From Pyrinomonadaceae bacterium (GTDB taxonomy: Bacteria; Acidobacteriota; Blastocatellia; Pyrinomonadales; Pyrinomonadaceae): a stretch of DNA of 54,452 bases. Location of the stretch: assembly GCA_036389695.1 (NCBI GenBank), contig DASVWG010000291.1, positions 1 through 54,452 on the forward strand, given 5' to 3'. Below, one piece after another: positions 1 to 8,936 of the stretch; position 1 is the stretch's first letter, and each line of letters begins with the position of its first letter. The notes beneath the pieces were generated by a model, which worked only from the letters and a program-made list of their open reading frames with translations, made no database searches and was not told where the DNA came from. The translations under genes were made by a program, and so were the position numbers.

Positions 1-72
1 CAGGATAGAAAAGATTATTCAACTCAATTTCTGCATTTTTAATCCTGTTTATCCTGTCCATCCTGTTTGAAT
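1..72. repeat. CAGGAT-type hairpin repeat, copy cut by the window start
   Basis: Right arm 42-71 ATCCTGTTTATCCTGTCCATCCTGTTTGAA differs by 1 nt from arm 5876-5905; remnant of the left arm CAGGATAGA at 1-9. Confidence 0.8.
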
Positions 73-563
73 TCTTCTTTAGTAATCGAGTAGTGAACCA
101 AATCGCGCCCGTAAAATTCGCCGGTGTAGTCGAAAGTCATTCCGAGCTTTTCCATCACGCGCCGCGAAGCGGTGTTTTCGGGCACGGCGACGGCGACGAT
201 TTTATCGAGCTTCAGCGTTTCAAAGCCGTAAGCGAGAAACGCCGCGGCGGCTTCGCTTCCCAAGCCTTTGCCCCAAAACCTTCGGGCAATCGCGTAGCCG
301 ATTTCCGTTTCGCCGGTTTCCGGCAGGCGCCACAAGCCGCACCAGCCGATAAGCGCGCCCGAATGCTTTTCGACGACGGCGCAAAAGCCGATTTTATCAG
401 TCGTCCAAAGGCTCGAAACCATCTTCAGCCATTTGACGCTTTCCTGTCGATTTTGCGGCGCGCGGATAAAATGCATTATTTCGGCGTCGCGTCTGAGAGC
501 GAAAACCGCGTCCGTATCGTCTTCGGTAAAGCGCCGCAGGATGAGTCTTTCGGTTTCGAGCAT
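39..563 (-). CDS. GNAT family N-acetyltransferase (RimJ/RimL-like)
   Basis: 174-aa ORF; ERLILRRF N-terminus and motif-A-like RRFWGKGLGSEAA; last ~10 codons (KQDGQDKQD-stop) lie inside the CAGGAT-type repeat arm at 42-71. Confidence 0.8.
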   Translation of the reverse strand: MLETERLILRRFTEDDTDAVFALRRDAEIMHFIRAPQNRQESVKWLKMVSSLWTTDKIGFCAVVEKHSGALIGWCGLWRLPETGETEIGYAIARRFWGKGLGSEAAAAFLAYGFETLKLDKIVAVAVPENTASRRVMEKLGMTFDYTGEFYGRDLVHYSITKEEFKQDGQDKQD

Positions 564-680
564 AAACTACAGCCAATATAAGGCAATTTTCGCCCGTCAA
601 CAAATTTTAAAAAATAAAGGGAAGAAAAATTTCGCGCCCTTCGTCTAATGTGTGATAAAGCGTTTTGAAAGGAGCAGAAA

Positions 681-1349
681 ATGAATCGAATCGAACAAAT
701 TGAAAGCCGCCGCAGTTTTTTGAAACAGGCTGGAATCGCCGCCGCCGCGTTTCCGTTTTTAATCAGCTGCAAAGCGGACGCGCTGGCGCAAAAAAGCGAA
801 AATGAAGTATTGAGCCTGATAAAGAAAAACGCGCGCCCCATCGGCGCGGAAGGAATGGGAGCGATAGAAGCGCCCGCCGATGTTTCGTGGAAAACCGCGC
901 TGGCGAAAAAATCCGACCGCGATTTGCCGATGATTATTTCGGGCACGGTTTATCAAACCGACGGCAAAACGCCCGCGCCTAACGTTTTGATTTATTTTTA
1001 TCACACCGACAGCGAAGGCTATTACGGCAGAGGCGGCGGCGAGCCGAAACACGGGCATTTTCGCGGCTGGCTGCTGACCGGCGCGCGCGGGCAGTATGAA
1101 TTAAGCTCGATAAAGCCAGCCGCTTATCCCGTCAGAAAATTTGCCGCGCACGTTCATATGACGATTACCGCGAAAAATTTCGGCGAAGACTGGATTGACT
1201 CGATTTTGTTTGAAGACGACCCGCTTATTTCCGCGCAGGAACGAAATCAGGCTGGCGGACGAGGTGGTTTCAATCCGATTCTGAAGCTCGAAAAGGGCGC
1301 GGACGGCATTTTGCGCGGCACGCGCGATATTCAGTTATGGCAGGTTTGA
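681..1349 (+). CDS. Tat-exported intradiol ring-cleavage dioxygenase-like protein
   Basis: Twin-arginine leader SRRSFLKQAGIAAAAF; YFYHTDSEGYYG..HFRGW..YP..AHVHM pattern of the intradiol dioxygenase fold; AAGGAG RBS 8 nt upstream. Confidence 0.65.
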   Translation: MNRIEQIESRRSFLKQAGIAAAAFPFLISCKADALAQKSENEVLSLIKKNARPIGAEGMGAIEAPADVSWKTALAKKSDRDLPMIISGTVYQTDGKTPAPNVLIYFYHTDSEGYYGRGGGEPKHGHFRGWLLTGARGQYELSSIKPAAYPVRKFAAHVHMTITAKNFGEDWIDSILFEDDPLISAQERNQAGGRGGFNPILKLEKGADGILRGTRDIQLWQV

Positions 1350-1361
1350 TTAGGAGAAAAT

Positions 1362-2342
1362 ATGCGACATTTTATTGGATTTTTATTTATATTTGTTTGT
1401 CTCGTCTCGACGGCTTTCGGCTGTTATCCGGCTAAAACAGCATACGTCTGGAATGAAGTCACCGCGAGCGCCGATTATCCGCAAGGCTACGGTTATCCGG
1501 TTTTTACGATGAACGGCGAGATGCGGGCTTTGCATCACAAGGGCGGCTGGATTTCAAAAGACGGAAAAAACTGGACGAAAACGAATTTGCCGAATGTCGG
1601 CTTGAATCCGGGTTATCAGGATTTTGTACAGTTTAAAGACGCGATTTACGCACTCGGCACGATGCAGGGAAATTATACGAATATGAAACTGACTTCAAAA
1701 ATTTCCCGCACGCGCGATTTTAAAACCTGGGAAACCGTCGCCGAAAAATCCAGTCTGCCCGCCAGAGTTTTTTACGGCGCGGTCGTTTTCAAAGACAAAA
1801 TCTGGCTCGTCGGCGGCTGGGACGGCAAAAATTATCACAACGATGTTTGGAATTCCGTGGACGGCGTAAACTGGCGGCGGGCGGCGGAAAAAACAGCCTG
1901 GACGCCGCGCACCGCGGGCTTGGTCGTCTTCAAAGACCGAATGTGGCTGATTGGCGGCGGCGTCATCGACGGCGATAAAGTGACGAATCCGAACGCCGGA
2001 CGAGAAGTCTGGTCGTCGGCGGACGGCATAAACTGGACTGAAGAGAAAATAAATTCGCCCGGACAACTCGGCGGAGCGGCGGTCGTTTTCGACGACAAAT
2101 TGTGGCTCATCGGCGCGAACCGCAACGACGGTAATTTTGACCGAGCGCTTTACGTTTCCGCCGACGGCGTAAACTGGCAGCGGCAATCCGCGCCGTGGTC
2201 GCCGCGCGGCGCGGTCGCGGTCTGGGTTTTCGGCGACAAGCTTTATATGACGGGCGGAAAGTTTTCATACACCTTGCGAAACGGCGAAATAAAATTTGTT
2301 TACAGCAACGACGTTTGGGCGATGACGAGAAAAACGGAGTAG
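1362..2342 (+). CDS. Kelch-repeat beta-propeller protein with hydrophobic leader
   Basis: 326 aa; repeated (V)VFKDK(I/L/M)WL(I/V)GG and GxNW blades; leader FIGFLFIFVCLVSTAFGC. Confidence 0.7.
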   Translation: MRHFIGFLFIFVCLVSTAFGCYPAKTAYVWNEVTASADYPQGYGYPVFTMNGEMRALHHKGGWISKDGKNWTKTNLPNVGLNPGYQDFVQFKDAIYALGTMQGNYTNMKLTSKISRTRDFKTWETVAEKSSLPARVFYGAVVFKDKIWLVGGWDGKNYHNDVWNSVDGVNWRRAAEKTAWTPRTAGLVVFKDRMWLIGGGVIDGDKVTNPNAGREVWSSADGINWTEEKINSPGQLGGAAVVFDDKLWLIGANRNDGNFDRALYVSADGVNWQRQSAPWSPRGAVAVWVFGDKLYMTGGKFSYTLRNGEIKFVYSNDVWAMTRKTE

Positions 2343-2359
2343 AATCTTTGAAAATCAAA

Positions 2360-2944
2360 ATGGAGCGATTCGCCTTGATGACCGAAAACCGAACCGAACA
2401 GGAATTGCTCGCCGCTTGTCGAAACGGCGACCGCAATGCTTTCGAGTCGCTCTACGTCCAGAATCAAAAACGCGTTTTTTCGGTCGCGCTGAATTTTTTC
2501 GGCGGCGATGAAGAACGGGCGAAAGACATTACGCAGCAGGTTTTTTTGAAAATTTACGGGCGCTTGCAGGATTTTCGGGGCGAGTCGGGATTTACGACGT
2601 GGCTTTATCGCATCACGGTCAACGCCTGTCTGGACGAAGCCAGGAAAACGCGCCCGCTGCTTTCGCTGACGGATTTTCTCGGAGTTTTCGGCGTGAAACG
2701 AGGAGCGCAGGACGAAAAAGTTTATCGCCGGGAAATTTGCGACGAGGTGCAAAAAGCGGTCGCCAAACTGAAACCGAAATTCCGTCTGCCGATTCTGTTG
2801 AAATACGTCGAAGGACTTTCGTATGAAGAAATCGCCAAAGTTCTCGACTGCTCGACCGGCACGGTGGCGTCGCGCCTGAATCGCGGGCACAAGATGCTTG
2901 CCGGCAAATTGGGACATTTGAAAGGTGAAATTAAGAGTTTTTAA
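2360..2944 (+). CDS. ECF (sigma-70 family) RNA polymerase sigma factor
   Basis: Region 2 (FESLYVQNQKRVFSVALNFF, WLYRITVNACLD) and region 4 (LPILLKYVEGLSYEEIAKVLDCSTGTVASRLNRG); start trimmed to ATG 2360 because the 2195 extension overlaps the Kelch gene. Confidence 0.85.
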   Translation: MERFALMTENRTEQELLAACRNGDRNAFESLYVQNQKRVFSVALNFFGGDEERAKDITQQVFLKIYGRLQDFRGESGFTTWLYRITVNACLDEARKTRPLLSLTDFLGVFGVKRGAQDEKVYRREICDEVQKAVAKLKPKFRLPILLKYVEGLSYEEIAKVLDCSTGTVASRLNRGHKMLAGKLGHLKGEIKSF

Positions 2945-3049
2945 CACAAAGGCACAAAGAACACGAAGGTTTTTAAGAATATGAAACCACAGAATTACAC
3001 AGACAAACACAGATTTATTTTTGATTCAGCTGTTCTTTGTGCCTTTGTG
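2945..3049. repeat. 19-bp perfect inverted repeat (CACAAAG units) between ECF sigma and anti-sigma genes
   Basis: CACAAAGGCACAAAGAACA (2945-2963) / TGTTCTTTGTGCCTTTGTG (3031-3049); 67-nt loop contains CACAGA x3 at 10-nt phase. Confidence 0.9.
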
Positions 3050-3066
3050 GTGAAGAAGTAGTAAAA

Positions 3067-4431
3067 ATGCAAAAACACATAAAAGAAAAACTTTCCGCAT
3101 ACCTCAATCACGAGCTGCCGAAAGACGAGCGGCAGGCGATTGCCGAGCATCTTTTGCAGTGCGAGAAATGCCGCGACGAGCACGACCGCATAAAGCTCGG
3201 CGCGGCGCTGGCGAGCCAGTTAAAACGCACCGACGCGCCGGAAAATTTGTGGAGCGAAATCGAAAACGCTTTAGACGGAAAACATCAGCCGCAGGTTTCT
3301 TCGATTCCGGCTTTTTCGTTTTCGGGCTCGCGCGGGCTTTTGGCGACGGCATCGGCGTTATTGATTGGCTTGGCTTTGGTCGCAATCGTTTATTTCGGTT
3401 TGTCGAAAAACGAACCGGCGGAAGTCGCGAAAACTGAACGGAATTCCAATCAAACCGTCGAAGTCGAAACGCCGCCGACCGTTTCAACGCCGAACGAAAT
3501 TCCGGCGAATGAAAATACAAATGCGCCAATTTTGCCAGGCGCGAATTCAAATATTATTTCGCCGGACGCGAACGTGAACGTTCAGATTCAGCCGAAAAAT
3601 CAGAATTCAAACGTTCAAGCTTTGCCGAAAGTCGCTCCGAATCAGACACTTACGAATCCGCGAGAAACGTTTATCGCGCAAAATAATTTGCCCGCGTGGA
3701 GTGTCGAGACGCTTGCCGGAACGCCGACGGCGGGAAACGAAGCGATTGGCGAAAAGGGAAAACTCAGCGTCGGCGAGTTTCTGGAAACCGACGCGAACTC
3801 GCGCGCGCGCGTTCAGGTTTCAAATATCGGGCAGGTCGAAATCGCGCCGAATTCGCGCGTGCAGCTTGTCAAAACGCAAGCGACCGAGCACCGGCTGTCG
3901 CTCGAACGCGGGCTTTTGAAAGCGAAAATTCTCGCGCCGCCGCGACTTTTTATCGTCGATACGCCGTCGGCGGTGGCGGTCGATTTGGGCTGCGAATACA
4001 CGCTCGAAGTCGATAAAGACGGCGGCAGCCGTCTGCACGTGACCGCCGGTTTTGTCGCGCTGGAGCGCGGCGGGCGCGAATCAATCGTTCCGGCGGGCGC
4101 GATTTGTTTTACGCGTCGCGGGCGCGGCTTGGGAACGCCTTTTTCCGACGACGCTTCCGCCGAATTTCAAAAGGCGATTCAGCGATTCGATTTTGAAAAC
4201 GGCGGAAGCCTTGCGCTCGCAACGATTATTAAAGAAGCGAGCCTGTATGATTCGCTGACGCTCTGGCACCTGCTCGCGCGCGTGCCGAAAAACGAGCGCG
4301 AAAAGGTCTTCGACGCGCTCGCGGGTTACGTCAAACCGCCCGCCGACGTCACGCGCGAAGGCATTTTGCGATTGGACAAAAAAATGCTCGACGGCTGGTG
4401 GAAGGAAATTGAAAACGTCTGGTTTGAGTAA
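3067..4431 (+). CDS. Zinc-binding (ZAS, HxxxCxxC) anti-sigma factor with TM segment and FecR-like C-terminal domain
   Basis: HLLQCEKC motif, one TM (LLIGLALVAIVYFGL), low-complexity linker, FecR-like beta-rich C-terminus; directly follows the ECF sigma gene; start set at ATG 3067. Confidence 0.75.
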   Translation: MQKHIKEKLSAYLNHELPKDERQAIAEHLLQCEKCRDEHDRIKLGAALASQLKRTDAPENLWSEIENALDGKHQPQVSSIPAFSFSGSRGLLATASALLIGLALVAIVYFGLSKNEPAEVAKTERNSNQTVEVETPPTVSTPNEIPANENTNAPILPGANSNIISPDANVNVQIQPKNQNSNVQALPKVAPNQTLTNPRETFIAQNNLPAWSVETLAGTPTAGNEAIGEKGKLSVGEFLETDANSRARVQVSNIGQVEIAPNSRVQLVKTQATEHRLSLERGLLKAKILAPPRLFIVDTPSAVAVDLGCEYTLEVDKDGGSRLHVTAGFVALERGGRESIVPAGAICFTRRGRGLGTPFSDDASAEFQKAIQRFDFENGGSLALATIIKEASLYDSLTLWHLLARVPKNEREKVFDALAGYVKPPADVTREGILRLDKKMLDGWWKEIENVWFE

Positions 4432-4528
4432 TCGTCCTTAGTCCTTCGTCCTTTACTGGTTGAATGGAAATTCAGAACGCAATTTATATTCAACGAGCGA
4501 AGGACAAAGGACGAAGGACTAAGGACGA
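4432..4528. repeat. 22-bp perfect inverted repeat (GTCCTT units)
   Basis: TCGTCCTTAGTCCTTCGTCCTT (4432-4453) / AAGGACGAAGGACTAAGGACGA (4507-4528); begins 1 nt after the anti-sigma stop. Confidence 0.9.
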
Positions 4529-4545
4529 ATAGAAAGGAGAAAATT

Positions 4546-5784
4546 ATGAAACGCAGTTTATTTGTTTTGACCGTTGCCAGTTATCTGGCTTTAGCTTTAA
4601 CTCTCCTTGATTTTGGCGTGCCGAAGAAAGCGGGCGCGACGCTTTCGCCGAATGATTTGGTGGTTCACGAATGGGGAACTTTTACGTCGATTGCCGGAAA
4701 AAACGGCGTGGCGATTGACTGGCGACCTTTAAACGGCGCGTCGGATTTGCCGAAATTCGTTTATACGAGCGCGAGCGAAGACGGCTATCGCCAGACTTAC
4801 GGCTCGAAATTCGTGCCGGGCGATAAAGGTCGCGTCGTCGCCAAAATTCGGATGGAAACGCCCGTCATTTATTTTTATACCGGCAAGGAAATGGAAGTTT
4901 CCGTCAACGTCGATTTTCCGCGCGGGCAAATCACCGAATGGTATCCGCAGGCGAGCATCGTCAACGGTTTTTTTGCCAAAGAGCAAACCGCCAGAAATGC
5001 GCCGCGCGGCATTCGCTGGGGCACGGTTAAGCTTCTGCCCGACGAAAAACCGGATTACCTGCGCGAGGTTTCCTACAGCCATTATTATCCGGCGCGCGAG
5101 ACCGACGCCGTGCCGGTTCAGGTCTGCAACGCCGATAAAACCAAAATGGAAAAGGAAAAATTTTTGTTTTATCGCGGCGTCGGCGATTTTCAGCTGCCTT
5201 TGAGCGTCAGATTAAGCGCCGCAAAAATCACGCTGCTCAACAACGGCGCGGGCGAAGTGAAAAACGCAATCGTCTTTGAAAATCGCGGCGGAAAAATCGG
5301 TTTTCGCTACATCGAATCAATCGGCAAACAGGCAATTCTTGAGCGCCCGGAAACCTCGCAAACGCTCGACAAAGTTTTAAACGAGCTCGAAAAAATTCTG
5401 GTTGCCGAAGGTCTCTACGCGAAAGAAGCCAAAGCGATGATAAAAACGTGGCAGGATTCGTGGTTTGAAGAAGGCTTGCGCGTTTTCTACATTTTGCCGA
5501 CCAAAGCGACCGACGAAATCTTGCCTTTAAACATCGAGCCGAAGCCGAAAGAAATCGTCCGGGTTTTAGTCGGTCGCGCCGAAGTCGTCACGCCGGAAAT
5601 GGAGCGGGACGTGCGGCGGCAAGTCGGGCTTTTGAAATCCGGTTCAGCCGAAACGCGCGCCGAAGCGCAAAAGAATTTGCAGAAACACGGCAGATTTTAC
5701 GAGCCGATTCTGAAAAGCCTTTTACAGACCGAGAAAGACGCGAAAGTGCGGGCGCACATTCAGAAACTTATTTCGCTAAGCTGA
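4546..5784 (+). CDS. Secreted hypothetical protein with C-terminal HEAT-like helical repeat
   Basis: 412 aa; signal peptide; conserved-looking HEWGTFTS block; C-terminal ETRAEAQKNLQKHGRFYEPILKSLL..DAKVRAHIQKLI; AGGAG RBS. Confidence 0.6.
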   Translation: MKRSLFVLTVASYLALALTLLDFGVPKKAGATLSPNDLVVHEWGTFTSIAGKNGVAIDWRPLNGASDLPKFVYTSASEDGYRQTYGSKFVPGDKGRVVAKIRMETPVIYFYTGKEMEVSVNVDFPRGQITEWYPQASIVNGFFAKEQTARNAPRGIRWGTVKLLPDEKPDYLREVSYSHYYPARETDAVPVQVCNADKTKMEKEKFLFYRGVGDFQLPLSVRLSAAKITLLNNGAGEVKNAIVFENRGGKIGFRYIESIGKQAILERPETSQTLDKVLNELEKILVAEGLYAKEAKAMIKTWQDSWFEEGLRVFYILPTKATDEILPLNIEPKPKEIVRVLVGRAEVVTPEMERDVRRQVGLLKSGSAETRAEAQKNLQKHGRFYEPILKSLLQTEKDAKVRAHIQKLISLS

Positions 5785-5785
5785 A

Positions 5786-5906
5786 ATTCAAACAGGATGG
5801 ACAGGATAGACAGGATGGAAACTTTTTTATTCAAACACTTTGAATAAAACCCGAAAGTTGATTTAAAAAACAATTATCCTGTCTATCCTGTCCATCCTGT
5901 TTGAAT
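5786..5906. repeat. 31-bp perfect inverted repeat (ACAGGAT(G/A)G units)
   Basis: ATTCAAACAGGATGGACAGGATAGACAGGAT / reverse complement at 5876-5906; fills the convergent gap 5785-5922. Confidence 0.9.
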
Positions 5907-5922
5907 CGCCCTTTGAATCTCC

Positions 5923-7149
5923 CTAAATCAAATGAATCAAAAGTCCGTCTCTTAATTTCGGCTCGAACCACGTCGATTTCGGCGGCATAATTTCGTCCCG
6001 GTCCGAAACCAGAAACAAATCTTCGACCGTGGTCGGAAACAGCGAGAAAGCGATTTTAAATTCGCCCGTGTCGACCAATCTTTCCAGTTCAGCCGTGCCG
6101 CGAATGCCGCCGACGAAATCGACGCGTTTGTCGGTGCGGATGTCTTCGATACCGAGAACGTTTTTTAAAATATAATTCTGCAAAATGCTGACGTCGAGCG
6201 CATCTACGGGGTCGGGCGCGCGGGCGAAAAGGACATTGAAAATCAGCTTGCGCCATTTTCCGTCGAGATACATGCAGAATTCGTTCCGGTTTTCCGGCGT
6301 CGTTTTTTCGGCGTCGATAATCTTGAAGTTTTTGCGCAGCCGCGCCAGAAATTCTTCTTCCGTCAAGCCGTTTAAATCGCGGACGACGCGGTTATACGGC
6401 AAAATCTGCAAATCTTCCGCCGGAAAAATTCCCGCCATGACGAAATTATAATCTTCCGCGCCGGTGTGATTCGGATTTTCGGCTTGCAAAATATAGCGTG
6501 CGCGGGCGGCGGCTTCGAGCCGATGATGACCGTCGGCGACATACAGCGTCGGCACTTCGGCGAAAGCGTTGACGAAATCATTCGTCGCCTCGGCGGAAAC
6601 TTTCCAGATTGTGTTCGAGATTTGCTGCGGGCAGCCGAAATCGTAAAGCGGCTCGCCCTTGACGGTTTCCGCAATCAAGCGGGAAATCGCTTCAGTTCCG
6701 CGAAAGGTGAAAAATATCAAGCCCGTCTGCGCGCGCAGGGCGAGAATGTGCTCGGTTCGGTCCTGCACTTTGTCTTCGCGCGTTTTTTCGTGTTTTTTGA
6801 TGTAACCTTTTTCGTATTCGTCGAGCGAGCAGCAGGCGACGACTCCGGTCTGCATCTGCGCGCCGTCCGTCAGGCGATAGACATACAGCGCCGGTTCCGC
6901 ATCCTGCACGAAAACTTTTTCGTCAATCAGTTTTTGCAGATTCTGCCGCGCCAGAGCGAGCGATTCTTCGGTCTCCGCCGCCGCGTCCAGCTCGGCTTCG
7001 GCGCGCGTCACGCGCAGAAAACTCAGCGGATTGTTTTCAATCAGCGCGTGCAGCTCCGCCGGATTGATGACGTCGTAAGGCACACAGGAAACCTGCTCAG
7101 CTTTTTCCCTGACCGGGCGCAAAGCACGAAAAGGTTTGATTATTGCCAC
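5923..7149 (-). CDS. DUF1015 family protein
   Basis: N-terminus MAIIKPFRALRPVREKAEQVSCVPYDVI and DGHHR motif are typical of DUF1015. Confidence 0.8.
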   Translation of the reverse strand: MAIIKPFRALRPVREKAEQVSCVPYDVINPAELHALIENNPLSFLRVTRAEAELDAAAETEESLALARQNLQKLIDEKVFVQDAEPALYVYRLTDGAQMQTGVVACCSLDEYEKGYIKKHEKTREDKVQDRTEHILALRAQTGLIFFTFRGTEAISRLIAETVKGEPLYDFGCPQQISNTIWKVSAEATNDFVNAFAEVPTLYVADGHHRLEAAARARYILQAENPNHTGAEDYNFVMAGIFPAEDLQILPYNRVVRDLNGLTEEEFLARLRKNFKIIDAEKTTPENRNEFCMYLDGKWRKLIFNVLFARAPDPVDALDVSILQNYILKNVLGIEDIRTDKRVDFVGGIRGTAELERLVDTGEFKIAFSLFPTTVEDLFLVSDRDEIMPPKSTWFEPKLRDGLLIHLI

Positions 7150-7184
7150 TGTAAAAATTCTCCTAAATAGCTATCCAACAAATT

Positions 7185-7664
7185 TTATTTCTTTTTATTG
7201 ACTTCCTTATCGAGTCTTTCCAATTCTTTGTCGACCGTTTCGAATTTTTCGTTAAAATTTTCGATTGTGTCGTAAAACATATCGCCGGCGGCAACTTTCC
7301 AGCGTCCGTCTTCCTTGACAAAGTCCATTTCAATCCACGAATCGGTATATTTATTTCTGACTTCGACCGTCGCCTTGCTGCCGTTTATTTTCTCGTTTCT
7401 GGTTTCAGGATTTTGCAGAATCGGCGGAATCACAGGCTCGTTTTTTTGAATCGCTTCTTCCAGCGTCATGCCTTCTTCTTTGGCGGTTTCTTCCATCAGT
7501 TGAATGGTTTTTTTTGAAGCGGTTTCTTTTATTTTGTCGAGATTTTTCGATTTTATCGCCTCGACATACTGCTTTAAAGCTTCCGTCGGCGACGTTTCCT
7601 GCAGCTGCCCGCAGGCAGCGGCTAAAAGAGCGAAAAGAATAATGAATTTGCCGTAAGTTTTCAT
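7185..7664 (-). CDS. Small lipoprotein, paralog 1 of 4 (DUF4878/NTF2-like, family from memory)
   Basis: Lipobox LLAAAC; shared core SPTE..K.Y.EA.K.K......K......M.E.AK....T.EE.I...PE.RNEKI.G..ATVEV.N....W....FVKE.G.WK.A. Confidence 0.75.
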   Translation of the reverse strand: MKTYGKFIILFALLAAACGQLQETSPTEALKQYVEAIKSKNLDKIKETASKKTIQLMEETAKEEGMTLEEAIQKNEPVIPPILQNPETRNEKINGSKATVEVRNKYTDSWIEMDFVKEDGRWKVAAGDMFYDTIENFNEKFETVDKELERLDKEVNKKK

Positions 7665-7666
7665 AC

Positions 7667-8206
7667 CTATTTTTTATTTTCGACGGTTTTGGGAGATTTA
7701 TTATTGCCGTTGGCGGGCGATGAATTATTGGCGTTCTCGGTCAGAATTTTCAGTAAACCGCCGAGCTGTTTGTCTAATTCTTCCATAAACTTATCCATCG
7801 CCATTTTCCATTCGCCGTTTTCGCGGACGAAATACATTTTCTCCCATCTGCCCGAAACCGGGTGCTGTATCTCGACGGTAGCCGCGTCGCCTTCAATGGT
7901 TTCATTGCGCATTTCGGGAAGCTCTTTCAGAAATTTCCCGCTGTCGCCGATTAAGATTTCGTCAAGCGTGGTATTTTTCTTTTTCGCCGCATCTTCATAC
8001 ATCTTTAAAGAATTTTGCGAGAGAGTTTTTTTAACGGCAGCGACATCTTTTTCGTTTTTGGCTTTAATAAATGCTTTAAAAACTTCCGTCGGCGAGCCGG
8101 TCGGCAGTTGCTGCGGCGGCGGCTGTTGCTGCGCCTGCGGCGCGACGCCGCAGGCTGTAAACGCGAGGGCAAGCAAAATAATCTTCAATAATTTATTGAT
8201 TTTCAT
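7667..8206 (-). CDS. Small lipoprotein, paralog 2 of 4
   Basis: Lipobox LAFTAC; same core motif (PEMRNETIEGDAATVEI...YFVRENGEWKMA); only 2 nt from paralog 1. Confidence 0.75.
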   Translation of the reverse strand: MKINKLLKIILLALAFTACGVAPQAQQQPPPQQLPTGSPTEVFKAFIKAKNEKDVAAVKKTLSQNSLKMYEDAAKKKNTTLDEILIGDSGKFLKELPEMRNETIEGDAATVEIQHPVSGRWEKMYFVRENGEWKMAMDKFMEELDKQLGGLLKILTENANNSSPANGNNKSPKTVENKK

Positions 8207-8292
8207 AAATCACGGATGAGTTTTGCGGGAACGCGGCAAACAATCAAGTGCTCCCGCCATTAATTCGCATCAGCCGGAAATTTTATTTAAAT

Positions 8293-8796
8293 CTACGGTT
8301 TTTTCTCGGTTGAAGGCTTATCGCCGTCGGTGGTCGAATCGTCGAAATTGGGCATCTTCCAGTCGCCGAGCGATTTTTTGAATATTTCTTCAAGCGATTT
8401 ATCGAGCGCGATTTTCCATTCGTCCGATTCCTTGACGAAATAGAGCGTATCCCATTCGCTGGTTTTTTCGTTTTTTACTTCGAGCGTCGCCGTGTCGCCT
8501 TCGATTTTTTCGTTGCGCATTTCCGGCGCCTGCTTGTATTCGTTTTCGCCCGCGTCGCTTTCCTTTATCGTCTGGTCAAGCGTTTTGCCCTGCATCTTGG
8601 CAAGCCCTTCCATCATTTTTATCGTGCTGCTCGAAAGCGTTTTTTTCACGCCTTCGACATCTTTTTTCTGCGACGCCTCGACAAAGTTTTTCATCGTCCG
8701 CGTCGGCGATTTCGGCTGCATTAAATTTTGTATTTGCGTGCAGCCCGCCAGCGCGCAGGCGATAAAGGCGACAAGCAAAATTTTATAATTTTTCAT
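8293..8796 (-). CDS. Small lipoprotein, paralog 3 of 4
   Basis: Lipobox ALAGC; core PEMRNEKIEGDTATLEVKN...YFVKESDEWKIA. Confidence 0.75.
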   Translation of the reverse strand: MKNYKILLVAFIACALAGCTQIQNLMQPKSPTRTMKNFVEASQKKDVEGVKKTLSSSTIKMMEGLAKMQGKTLDQTIKESDAGENEYKQAPEMRNEKIEGDTATLEVKNEKTSEWDTLYFVKESDEWKIALDKSLEEIFKKSLGDWKMPNFDDSTTDGDKPSTEKKP

Positions 8797-8936
8797 AATT
8801 TTCCTTTCCGATAGTTTAAAATGTGCAAGTATAACTCAAAATCCGTTTGTTTTTCAGAAACCGCGACGCGAAATTTCGCGACGGGAAAATCGTTTTCGAT
8901 TCGGTAAAACGACGAAACCGTTCGCTTTGCTTCAGA

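Noticed and set aside
2195-2359. N-terminal extensions offered by the ORF track. They occur at 2195, 3037, 15155, 23929, 26327, 30032, 34888, 35537, 35996, 41646, 44712 and 49464.
   Set aside because: The extensions overlap the neighbouring gene or a repeat, translate to Arg-rich junk, and are followed by an internal ATG with an RBS or a recognisable native N-terminus such as a signal peptide or conserved start.
8867-8880. 14-bp perfect palindrome CGCGAAATTTCGCG between lipoprotein paralogs 3 and 4.
   Set aside because: It is too short and loop-less to be a convincing terminator, and nothing supports an operator role. Noted only.
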